64,000 bases of DNA, taken from Camelus dromedarius (Eukaryota). Both the position numbers and the translations under genes were made by a program. Where the stretch lies: the NCBI RefSeq assembly GCF_036321535.1, contig NC_087436.1:49726001-49790000 (forward strand). The letters are read 5' to 3'. Positions 12,373 through 24,701 of this stretch are shown here, one piece after another. Each line of letters opens with the position of its first letter. The first letter of the stretch is position 1. The notes under the pieces are model-generated. The model was not told the origin of the DNA. It searched no databases and worked only from the letters and a program-made list of their open reading frames with translations.

Positions 12373-14060
12373 GTCCCCCTCTTGAAACACTCAGATCCAC
12401 TTGCTTCTTAATTAAATTTACTCAATCCAGGCACAGCTTCTCAAGATTTTCTGGTTAGTTACAATTTCTGGGAAAACTTATAAGAAGAGTTAGTAGAAGA
12501 AAAACAATCATTCTCGTGGCTCCTTTGGTCCTGAGTCTAGGAATAATACCCATCATCCTCTCCTGCTGGTCTAGGTAGCTTGCCTGGTAAGTCGACCCAG
12601 ACCTTTGACCCTGAGGAGTCTAAGCTCTGGTTACCTTCCCAGATTAGACTGAGCATGGGCCTATCAATGAATGCTCTCCAATGGATGACCTGAGTGTCAA
12701 ATATATTCCTTCCTGTCCTGATTGTGTAGCTTTAGTTCTACTTCCTCATGATGATCAGGACCAATTATACCTGCCAGAGATAATGTTATTTTTCTTTAGA
12801 TCCTGCTTTACTGGCACAAGGATCCCAAAGTGTTACAATGGTGGCTACAGCATAAAAGTTCAGTGGGACTCTTACTTACCAAGTTCCTTGATGGAAGCAT
12901 CCCTTCCCTTGGAATCAGGAACTCTAGACATACAGAGCCTAAAGCTGAAGAGACAGGAAGCAGAAATTCCCAAAGTCGTTAAGTGGACAAGTGGTAAGCA
13001 GGACCACTCCTGCTTCCACTCTGTTTCATGAGCCCATGTATTCTATTTATTGGGTATATGGTACCATATAATGACCATTGGTTTAAGGCATATACTGTAT
13101 CTTGAATAATACCTCCTCACCCTTATGGGATGTCACCTCTAAGCTGTGCCTCAGGTAAGCCTTCAGGAGACCATTCCAATAGTTTATCACAAAGGCAGCT
13201 TCTGACTGTTGTGGTATGTGATTAGCACCAGTGGATCTCATGGTCATGTGTTCAGTGCCATGCTTCCTTTGCCATAAGATGACTTCTTAATTTTAAGACA
13301 ACATTATGAAAAACCCCATGTCAATTGCTTATATACTTCATAAACCCTTGGAAGGTGCTGGTGGTGGCACTCTAGGCAGGAAGACAAACTCAGATGCAAA
13401 TACAGTCAATCAAGGTCATAATGGAACCTTACCCTATCTAGGAGATTAAGGACCCAATGTAATCAACTTGTCACCAATTTTTTGGCTGGTACCATGTCAG
13501 GAATTCAATGCTGAATTTTGCTACTGGCAGATTGGACATTGATGAACAGTGGTAGCTACATTAGTATTTGTGAGAAGAAGCCTGTGCTCTTAGGCCCATA
13601 CTTGGCTTCCATCTTTCCCCCAAAGTTTACTCTGTTCATAAGCCTATTGTGTAAGTGCTGAAATGTAGTGGGTGTCTTTCATGAACATTAAAGTGTGGCA
13701 CAGAGATCCTAATACATTTTGCTTTTAACCATAAGCCCAGACACTGCTTATTTCCTTGAACTTCCTTTTCCAGGTCCTTCCGTGGCCCTGACCAGCAATC
13801 TAAGTCATTCATCACTGCCCGTGAGACTGTAACCTCAGGCAACTTTTCATTCCACTCAAAGTAAATGAGCAGATGTATAGCTCTAAGATCTGCTCTTTGG
13901 GAGGATATCCGCCATTGCTGTCACATGAGGTCATTCTTGAGTAGAGCCTATGGTGCAGCAGCAGTCCATTTTCTGCTTATACCCCCATTCCATGCCATTC
14001 CTGAGCCAGACTCAGGCTCTGCCCCGTATATGTTTCTTGAGTAAATAACCATAGACCCCT
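12373..14060 (-). mobile_element. ERV-L class internal region: decayed RNase H, integrase and dUTPase
   Basis: Manual minus-strand translation. RNase H: RKWTAAA and SSQRADLRAIHLLIYFEWNEKLPEV (~13830-13980). Integrase zinc finger: CPICQ* (~13520-13540). Integrase core: W*QVDYIG (~13452-13476). dUTPase motif: LAGIIGPDHHEEVELKLHN (~12721-12777). dUTPase downstream of integrase is the ERV-L arrangement. Confidence 0.85.
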
Positions 14061-14413
14061 CTAAGAAAGAAAGGGACATAAATGAACTTATTTACAGAAC
14101 ATAAATAGACTCTTAGCTCTAGAAAACAAACTTAGGTTACCAGAGGGGGAATGGGGTGGGAAGGGATAAATTGGGAGTTTGAGCTTTGCAGATACTAACT
14201 AATATATATAAAATAGATAAACAATACGTTTATACTATATAGCACAGGGAACTATATTCAATATCTTATAGTAACTTATGGTTAAAAAGAATATGAAAAC
14301 AAGTATATGTACGTATATGTATGACTGAAACATTATGCTGTACATCAGAAATTGACACAACATTGTAAACTGACTATACTTCAATTTAAAAAATGGGGGA
14401 AAAAAAGAAAAAC
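14061..14413 (+). mobile_element. Young 5'-truncated L1 3' end, no TSD visible
   Basis: aaatgaacttatttacag...gcacagggaactatattcaatatctt...gactgaaacattatgctgtacatcagaaattgacac followed by an A tail. Same type as the copies at 20.9 and 46.6 kb. Confidence 0.9.
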
Positions 14414-14419
14414 AAGGCG

Positions 14420-14680
14420 AAACCACTTCTAAATACATGCTGTATCAGGGCCCTTCTTTATGAAGATCTTGCCTCTCCTTTGTCAGGTTTTTGGTCTTAG
14501 AACTGGCAGAAATCTGGAAACTGAGTGAAGGATCGTGACTTTCATTAGGGCACCCTATCTCAGGCTTCTGCTCATTCATTCTTCATCTCTTTTAATTGTA
14601 TATTAAGCAGCTCTCTTGTTGGTGGCTCATCTTTTTTGCCTTTCAAAACAGCATGTTCTAGGAGCCACCTCCGTAGATTC
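14420..14680 (-). mobile_element. ERV-L gag 3' part (same provirus)
   Basis: Minus strand cagtttccagatttctgccagttctaagacc...ggagaggcaagatcttcataaagaagggccctg (QFPDFCQF) resembles the recalled ERV-L gag end (QFPDLSQF...KDP). Confidence 0.6.
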
Positions 14681-16896
14681 CTGAAGGTCAGCAGCCCCCG
14701 GCCCCACCCCCCACCCCCACTGCAGGTCCTGTCCTTCTAATGCTGCTGCCACTTAACGTAATTCTGTCCAGTCTGCTTCTGAGGTGAAGTGCAGCACTAG
14801 TCTCTGCTGTTATAGGTCCTGTCGTCCCCTTGCTACTCGGGAGCCCAGTTTTGTAATAGCAGCTCCTACTGTCAGTACCAGCCTGCAAAAGACGGCCACT
14901 ACTGGGCGTTCAGTGTGCCGATACCCCTCCTCACCAGCACGCACCGTGTCACCCTAGGAAAAATCTGGCGTGCGGTGATGGATTTGGTGGCTGATAAAAA
15001 CTGGTTGTTTGAGAAATTGGATTGAATTTATTCAGCATTTTTCCGGAAAGAGAGAGAGAGCCTCTACATTCCACTTATTAGAAATGTTCTCTCTGTGGTT
15101 GGACAGGAATAACTCACGAAGCTTTTTCCATGACTTGAGGGAAAAATTTTATAATAATATGTAATTTTATTTTCTATTATTCTAAGTTTAGAAAGCATCC
15201 TTCTGATTATTCATTTAGTTTCCAGATACCTTGATAATGAAAGATGGTGCCCAGAATAGCAGGCATGTGGTTCTATTTTCTGAAGCTCCCCAGTGAGCTG
15301 ATAAATTCTGATTTCTAGGCCTGAAAAACTTTGTGCCAGCAGCAACAGGAAGCTCCTTATTCAATATAAAATAGGCCAGAGTTCTCCATTTCCCGAAGTA
15401 TTCAGGCAGAGGTGAAGAACCATCTGTCATGGGTGTCGTAGAGGGTATTTTTGCACTGGGTGGAAAGAGATGATGCCTTAGGAGTAAGGTTTGCCTAACT
15501 CATGGGCCTATGACATTTGACTAAATTCCTTTTAAAACTGCCATAATTATAACTAATGTTTGTAAAGTAGTGGTTCTGTCTTCTGTTACTAAACATCCCA
15601 ATTTCCTCTGAAATCTCTCCCCATGGATTCCTGAGGTTCAACTTAGAACCCTAGCAGTCTCTTGAGATGTTGCATCTGAATGGTATGTGGATTATTTTGA
15701 CATCAGGACATCCAGCTCTGAGGGTCTCGAGCCCCACTGCTCTCCAGGAATGGAAGGGAGGCTTGTGTTTTCTATGGGGAGGGAGCTATACAAAAAGGTA
15801 AATGATTCTGTAAAACTGAACATTTATTTGCTACATGGATGCAAGCAGGTGGACACCATAAATACCTTGAGCACATGCAGAATTTATACATCAAGAAATA
15901 GAGCAGCTATGGGTGGCTGAGAAGAAAAAGCAGAAAGGGTAGAGACAACAGTTATCATAGAAGATGCAAAAGGACCAATGAGTGGAGAGGCAGTCAATAA
16001 GAGCAGGGATGCTAGAGTCAGATTGGCCGTGGTTCTAGCGCAGATTCTATCACCATCCAGCCCTGCAAAGTTAGAAAACATAGGTAACAGCTTTGAGATT
16101 GTGTCTTCACCTGATGATGAGGATAACAAACTTACTGTGTTGCTGTGAGGTTTAAATTAGATGATATACTTAAGCACTTAGTAGTACAATAAGTATATTG
16201 TTGTTAACAGTGCCATTATTATTATTAATAAAATTCAGAAGCATAAGTAATTTCAAAACTTTGTAAATACCAGTCACATCTGAAAGTCAGGGGTCTGATT
16301 GGACTTTTTGTATAAATGTCAGCAGGTAATCTATTAGCTTTATTGTTATTATTTATAATCTATACTGTGCTTGCAGATCTACTTCACTAGCAGGTTTACC
16401 TTTGAATAGAAAATATTATTTATGTATAGTATATAACATATATAATATATATCACATCATATATGTATGAATATATCATATAGATAGAGATATTGACCAC
16501 AGAAATATATATAGTTAGTATTAAAACACCTGGGAGTTTACAGAGTTGACCAAGTTGCACAGGAAGGTGAGGAGCTCTGTGTGTCCCAGACCCCTGGAGA
16601 TATTTGCAACAGGCTCATAACATAGAATATGGTGGAAATACACAAAAAACCCTTGTTGTTTTATTGTTTTCTGTAGCTCTTTTTTCTGATGGCCATATAG
16701 CACTTACTTAACTTTCAGTAGTGTCAGCAAGTTCCCAAAGTTCTAGAATAGTTATCTCATTCTTTAACAATTTAATTTTGTGGAAAGTTTCTTATCATGT
16801 TTAAATTTGCAAACCCCAAACCTCTTTCCCTCTATATTTCTCTTAGTCCTGCTTTCTGTTGTAGCAACTCAGAAAAAAACTCTGCCTGCTCTTCCA

Positions 16897-17429
16897 GTTA
16901 GATAGTGGATACTTTGTGTATTTCCTTGGCTGCCCAACATCTGAACCCTCCTCTGTTTAGAGAACTCACTTATAGAGGGAGAGAGGAGAGGCTAAAGCAG
17001 AAATATTTATTCACAGTCTTCCTTAGCTCAACTTTAAGTCTAGTGCTGGTGAACCTAGAAAAAACGGACCGCAGACAATGCCCTGTAGCAGCAAGCAATG
17101 GCAAGAAAGATTGAAAGGTTGTGTTTCTACAGGCAGTAGAGTAGGAGAGCAACAGTGGCGTCTGGAGTTCAGAGCCAGGGTGACGGCAGTACAGGCCACG
17201 AGGTCACGTGTCCAGTGGCGTGGCAGCACAGGGGTGTGTTTGCTGGTTTTGTGGGATGATTCTGGATGGGATCCTGGCTGCTACTAAGCCTTCTTTGTTC
17301 ATGCCCTTTCCCAAGCCTGGTTCTGAGTCTTCCTAGTGATTTTATGAGCTACTCCATAATTGACTTTTCTTCTTAAACCATTCAAAGTCCATCTCTGTTG
17401 CTTGTAACAAGCAACCCTGGCTGATACAA
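16897..17429 (+). mobile_element. ERVL-class solo LTR inserted in a CR1/L3 fragment
   Basis: Ends tctgttgcttgtaacaagcaaccctggctgataca. The flanks (cttagtcctgctttctg...ctcttcca | tatgacagccatccaaatggttgaagatagct) join into an L3 minus-strand segment. Confidence 0.55.
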
Positions 17430-19807
17430 TATGACAGCCATCCAAATGGTTGAAGATAGCTGCTGTGTCTTCCACAGTGTGCTGTTCACTTTTCTGCAGA
17501 GGCAGAGGCAGTTAACACCTATATCCTCAGTAACATGCTTTGCTTACATTCATGTGAAGGTCTGATGACTAACAAAAATTTTTAAGAATCCTTATAAATT
17601 TGAGATTTTTGGAAATGTTTACATTCTGGTTGTTTCTGCACATGGGATAAGATAATTGAACTTCTTAAATATAGACTATATACTGCATCCTCTTTCTGAA
17701 ATTTCCTATTCTCCTCAGAGGAGACCAGGTTTTCCCTGGAACCTACTCTTCCATGGTCTGTTGAGCTATGGAATAAGACGAGACTGTAACCTGTTATCGT
17801 AACAGTGAACAACTGGATGAGCATGAATGGAAGGAAAATACAGATTAACGGAGTTTAAAAAGGACGCTGCTTATGCATTCTCTATGTAAAGTCTAATTTA
17901 AAAATAAGGTACAATGTATTGAATGTTTTCTATGTGTCCTTCAATAATCTGGGTGTTTTACATAAGATTTCTTTCCATTCAAAAAATCTTCTAGGTAGAT
18001 TTAAATCCTACTTTCATAGGAAAACAAGCCCAAAAAGGTTGAACAATTTACCTCAAGGTCTGAATGTTGGTAGGTGGACTGGAAGTTCACTTTGATGTTT
18101 AAGATTCCAAAGCCCTTCCCCATGCCGTGTTGCTTCCTAAATGTGATCAATGTTTTAAATGATTCCTCATATGAAATATTAGTTAAAACAGATTATCATA
18201 CTCAATATCACTTATTATCAAAATGAACTAAATGTAAGTTTGTAACCGTGTGTGTGTGTGTGCGCTCAAGTGCAACACTACGGTATTTTTGAACCATTCC
18301 TGTGGATTACTGCCAGACACATGTGAGTTTACATTACTTGACCTCTAAATTGAAATCTATAAAATTGTTCTTGAAAATTCAACATGTCAGCTAAGTGGAA
18401 TTAGGGCGTAAGATCAAAACTTTTTAAAAGCCATAGCTGTATATTTAATGTATATATTTAGCACTACCTGTGTCTTAAATTGCTTCAAGGTAAACCTAAA
18501 TCTAAATTGATTAATATTAAAAGATAAGTTCTAAAGAGATAAACTAAGTACTTTAAAATTAGAGAAAGAACTTCAGAATTTCAAACAGAGTAAAGCAAAG
18601 AATTTCAGAAGAAAGAAGTGAATTCTTTCTGGCTCTTTTGTATACACTGTGACCTTAAATGGACTCAACATCAGAAGACTTGGTCACAGTACTGACTGCC
18701 ATGAAATAAATGAGTGACCTTGCATAATTTCTTAGTCTCTTTGAACCTCAGAATACTTATCTGTAAAATTAATGGGTTAAGCTGATGATCTCCTGTAGCC
18801 CTAAATCATTATATGATTGTAAGACTCTCTGCAAGTAACTGGAGAAACAAACCAATAACTATTAATTTTATATGACCCTATTAATTTTACAAGTCAAAAA
18901 TTTATTCCTATTGTTAGCATGAAATAAAATTAACTTAAAGGTCTCAGCAAAATTTGTTACCATTGAATGATGAGGTTAAAAGCTCTTGTTAATTTTATAT
19001 AAACTTAAATCTGTCATTACTTACTAGATACATTTATCTGCATAATCTATAGATTACATGCAAATATGCATGTAACATGAAGGAAAATTTATGTCTATTA
19101 AATATCAAATATGCATGAATCAAAACCTGAGAGAATATCAAATCTGAGGTAATATCTCAGAAAAGAAGACAAAAACTGATTTTTTTTTGTTAAAAGTTAA
19201 AAATACCATTTCTTTTATGGCAGAATAATGTTTGTTCATTGAGTAATATTAGAAATTTCAGATAAAGCAAGAAAACTTCCACAACTGTCACCTAAAGATA
19301 ATCATTATGAATTCTTGCTTATATCTACTTAAATATTTTCTTTTTTTATTCCTTGCTCACAAAATTATTAATGACTATAAATATTGTTTTATAATTTACC
19401 TCTATCATTTTAACAATACATTGCAAATGTCCTCCCATATTAATAAATGTGATGTAATGGCATTCTCTATCTTATTTTTGAGATCAATTGCTAATTCATG
19501 CCCTTTCTCCAGGTTTGGCCAATCTGAGAGAGCTCCTCCATTCAGTCCAACAGAGACTTAGATCTAGAGCAGGAAAAGGTACCATCTTTCCCACAGCTTA
19601 GCTTAACCTCTTCCAGATACCAGATAAGTGTGAAAATTAACTCCCCATGTGGTGGTGTATTTCTAAGGACTTTAAACATTATCTAACAATACGACAGAGT
19701 GACATAGTTTGGAAAATTTGATGTAACTTTTTGAATCTGGTGTTTACAAAGTCACTCCCATGGAGCCTTACAATTTGTAGGTATTATATCTAAACAAAGT
19801 TGACTCA

Positions 19808-21179
19808 AGGAGGCAGGAATAAACCATGGAGAAAAGACCGCCTCTTCAGAAAGTGGTATTGGGAAAACTGAACAGCTGCATGTAAATCAATGAAGTTAGA
19901 ACACTCTCTCACACAACGTAAAAAAATAAACTCAAAATGGCTTAAAGATTTAAATATAAGCCAAGACACTATAAGCCTCCTAGAAGAAAACACAGGCAAA
20001 GCATTCTTTGACATAAATCTTAGCAATGTTCTCCTAGGGCAGTCTACCAATGCAACTGAAATAAAAGCAAAAATAAACAAATGGGACATAATTAAACTTA
20101 TAAAGCTTTTGCACAGCAAAGGAAACTACAAACAAAATGAAAAGACAACCTACAGAATGGGAGAAAATATTTGCAAACAATGAGACTGACAAAGGCTTAA
20201 TTCCCAGAATATACAAACAGCTAATAACAAAAAAACAAGCAATCCAATAAAAAATGGGCAGAAAACCTAAACAAACATTTCTCCAATGAAGACATACAAA
20301 TGGCTCATGAAAAAATGCTCAATATTGCTAACTATTATAGGAATGCAAATCAAAACCACAATGAGGTATCACCTCACACCAGTCAGAATGGCCATCATAC
20401 AAAAAAATCCACAAACAATAAGTGCTGAAGAGGGTGTGGAGAAAAGGAAATTCTCCTACACTGTTGGTGGGAATATAGTTTGGTATAGCCATTATGGAAA
20501 ACAGTGTGAAGATTTCTTAAAAAACTAAAAATAGACTTACCATATGATCCAGCAATCTCATCCTGGGTGCATATCTAGAGGAAACTCTAATTTAAAAAGA
20601 TACATGCACCCCAATGTTCATAGCAGCACTATTTACAATATCCAAGACGTGGAAGCAACCTAAATGTCCTTTGACAGATGATTGGATAAAGATGTGGTAT
20701 ATATATACAATGGAATAATACTCAGCCATAACAAATAATAAAATAATGCTATTTGCAACAACATGGATGGACCTGGAGATCATCATACTAAGTGAAGTAA
20801 GACAGGAAGAGAAAGAAAAATACCATATGATATCACTTAGATGCAGAATCTAAAAACATGAGACAAATGCACTTATTTACAAAACAGAAACACACTCACA
20901 GATATAGGAAACAAAATTGCGGTTACCAGGTGGGGAAAGGGTGGGGCATGGAGGGATAAACTGGGAGCTTGATATTTGCAGATACTAACTACTATATATA
21001 AAATAGATAAACAACAAGGTCCTACTGTATATATAGCACAGGGAACTATGTTCAGTACTTTGTGATGGCCTATAATGAAAAAGAATTTGAAAAGAAATAT
21101 ATGTATGTATATATATGACTGAAACATTATGCTGTACACCAGAAATTGACACATTGTAAACAACTATCCTTCAAAAAAA
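19808..21179 (+). mobile_element. Young 5'-truncated L1: ORF2 C-terminal part plus 3' UTR, with TSD
   Basis: ORFs 19890-20183 (KINSKWLKDLN...KINKWD) and 20286-20528 (MQIKTTMRYHLTPVRMA) are frameshifted L1 ORF2. TSD taaacaaagttgactca 19791-19807 vs taagcacagttgactca 21180-21196. Confidence 0.95.
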
Positions 21180-24100
21180 TAAGCACAGTTGACTCAGTAT
21201 GTCCTATACTTATTTAACTATACTACATTAGCAACATATGCTTTTTTAATTTCTAAGCTGTTCTTACAACCGCATCACATACAATTAGAATGAGGTGTAA
21301 ATAAGCATGGCTCACAACTCAATTGATGTGTGTGTGTGTGTGTGTGTGTGTATGTGGGATTGGGTATCAGCGGACTTTAAAATCAACTTTTGTTACATGA
21401 ATAGACTTAACCTCAACTCTGGCCTTTTTTTCCACCTCTCCCAGACTATTCCTGGCTATTTTTTAGAATATGGTTGTATATTTTTCTAATATCATTCTTT
21501 GAATTCTGAGAAATATCTGAATTGTGTAGGAATTTTCATAAACACAATTGACATTTGGGGCTATAAGTTGAAATGGACTATGTATATTTACCCAGATTCT
21601 TAAAATTATAGAGAATTTATAAAAGTGTTTTAAAAATATTTATAAAGCATCTTTAATTGCATTTAGGCTTTGAATGCATCATTTCTTTTGTTTAATGTGC
21701 ACATATCATTCAGTGTCTGAAAATAAGTTATTGTTGCTTGATAAAATCAGAGTAAAGTGTGTCTAATATCTATAGAAAGAAAGTATAAATAAAATTTGGA
21801 AGAGAGATTAGAATGACCCAAGCTTGTGCTGCTTGATGGAAAACCGTATTTTGAAGAAACCACATACAAATACTAAAACGTCACTCTAGATCTTGCCTTA
21901 CCAGTGGCAGGGATAGCCAGGGCTGCAAACAAGGGAGAGGTGTGAAAGAGATGTTGAAAATAGGTGAAAAGTTTTCCCTCCTAATGGAAACTTTTCCTTC
22001 CGAAACCATGCCTAAATATGTGTCAATGTCTCAACTATTTTCACTCTAGTAGTTTGACTTTATGTTTCCCCTTCCAAGAGACTCTTTTTTAATTTACCCA
22101 AGTATTGTTTCCAGACGTTTGTATTTGTTTCACACTGACCTCTAGGACTCTTCTCTATCATATGTGTCACTGCTTTAAACTAATACTTGTCACATGGTAT
22201 TTACTGCAAAGTTATTTTTGAGGTTCATCTCTTACATTTCAGCAATTGTTTGGGTAGGTAAGGAGAGATTCTTTTTATTTCTGCTTTTAAAGGTGTGGCA
22301 AGTGAGTAGAGATGAATTTTAATTGATTTGCCAGAGGTCAGAAAGCAAGTCAAAGACAGTTCTTGGCCCTGGGCTTCAATTTGCTGAAATCAGCTCAGTG
22401 TTCTTAATCATCTATATGTATTGATCAATTTTTTTTTTTTTACTCCTCCACTACCTCCTTGAGAAGTAAAATGACACATAAACCCTATTTTTATTTGCAA
22501 ATCATCAAGCAATTAATCATTTGATACATATAATTTTTTAAAATTCTGGTATTAGATGGTATAACCCACTTATGGCCTTGAAATCAGACAGATAAGCAGG
22601 GAAATAACATCGCTGGCATGTGAAAAAAATTTTTTTTTCTTTTCAGCAGAGAGCCTACTTTCTGAGTCAAGGAGATGAAATAAGTTGTTTTCATGTATTT
22701 TGATTTACAATTATGGCTACCCTGTGATCCAGCAACTAAAATAGAAATATTGGCCAATGTGTCCTGCACCCTAGTCCAGCATGATGGCCAGTGAGGTACT
22801 GGATGTGTATTATTTTTAATGTCATATTTGCAGGCCCTCTGATAAGTCCCATAGCACCCCCCTTCCTATCCCTACTTCCTTCCAGGCGAATGTCATCATT
22901 GGCTTAGTTTGCTTTTAAAATTCTCTCATTTAGGAATAAAGATTTGTCTTCTGTAATTAGTGGTGACTTCGCAGGAATAAGCCAGATAAAGTGGGCACAT
23001 CATGCACTACAGATAAATGATTATGGACGTATTTCTCCAAAGCACAGAGTTCTATCAGGGAAACTAGAGAAATATTAAGCCAAATGTGGAAGATGGAAAA
23101 AAGAGGAGATTTGAGGATACTAAAAACTTCCCCTTTTCTGAGAGTGCTGCTTGCTAATGTTCCCCAGGACTGAGGGATGTAAGTAGCACAGTGACTGTGG
23201 ATTCCAGGGGAGACGGTCATTAAAGGAGAAAGTTGATGTGATTCCTGCAAAGCAGGCTTCCTGGCTGGGGCTCTGCGGTAGGGCGAGGAACGCTGGGTGT
23301 GTATCACACAGCTCTAGAGCTAGGAGAGCTATTTTGGGGAGTGATTTTCAGGAGTGGCTTTTTTCAGTACTTCTGCAAGGATGACTTCACTAGTCTCTAA
23401 TAGGATGGCTTGGTAAGAAAAGTTAGGAAGTATTATTTTCACATTGACCATGGCTTCACTGTGTCCTTCTGGTCCGTGTTCGCACTGTGTTCTCTGTTCT
23501 CCGTGTGAGTACAGCCAGCCCGCGCTGTGCGGCTTTCCCTCTTCCTTGCATCAGCTACTCCTGCTCCTTTTAGGTCCACGGAGCCTGTGTGCTCAGTCAC
23601 GTCAGTGTCACCACCTTTCTTCACCATCCTCATTTTTGGGGTAAGCCACCAAAATTTCACTTTTGAAGTGTACCTCTCCCAGTCATTAATGAAAAAGGTA
23701 AACAAAAGTGCATTATTTCTGAAATTTGTGAACACTTATTATATCCTTTTTCTAACTCAGTCAGTTCTCCACACACTTTGTTGTTTTCTGTTTGTGCTCT
23801 TTTCTTCTTAAGAAAATATAAGAAATTCAATTCCATAATAAATGCAGTTAGTGTGGTAGGGTTTGGTAGAAAAGAAATGTAAAAATACAAAATGAGAGAA
23901 TGATCTGGTCACATCTTTTGGAGTTCACAGTTTTGTTTCTTGTCTAAACCTTTGAAAATACACTCTTTGTGTTTATGAAATACCTTCTCACTTCCCTTCA
24001 CTTGGTTAACTCCTCTTGTTTCCTTCTATGGCCCACCGTCCCCTTGACTAGCCCTGGCTGGGTTACCTACTCCCTTACATCATTCTGGACCCCCTGGGTT

Positions 24101-24416
24101 TTGTACTCTTTCACTGACTCTCACACTGTCACTATCACCATTACTCTGAGAATTATTTGAGGACAGTCATACATGTTTGCATGTTGTTACCGTTAAATCT
24201 CACAGTCTGGTCCAGCGGATTCAATAAATATTTGAAGTGGGCAGCAAGGAAGGAGGGCAGGCAGAGAGGAAGGAAGATGGAGAGGAAGGGAGGGGGAGAG
24301 GAGGAAGGGCAGAAGGAAAAGAAAATGCAGTTTTTAAGTGATTAATGAACATTAAGTAATGCCACTTACCCTTTTGACTTTAACTTCACAATTCTGTGAC
24401 TATTTACATTATTTTT

Positions 24417-24701
24417 TATTGTTGAAATATAATTGATTTACAGTATGTCAGGTGTACAGCAAAGTGATTCAGTTATATATATGTGTGTGTATATATTTAC
24501 ATATCCTTCTTCAGATTCTTTCCCATTATAGGCTACTACAAGATGGTAATTATAGTTCCCTGTGTTACACAGTAGGTCTTTGTTGTTTATCTATTTTATA
24601 TATAGTAGTGTGTATCTGTTAATCCCCAATTCCTAATTTATCTCTCCCCACTTCCCCCTTTAGTAACCATAAGTTTATTTTTTATGTCTGTGAGACCATT
24701 T
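24417..24701 (-). mobile_element. L1 3' end with TSD
   Basis: caggtgtacagcaaagtgattcagttata...gtaaccataagttt. TSD ctatttacatt(a/c)ttttt at 24400-24416 and 24702-24718. Confidence 0.88.

Noticed and set aside
19890..20528. Functional L1 ORF2
   Set aside because: 5'-truncated and frameshifted, lacking the endonuclease and RT core.
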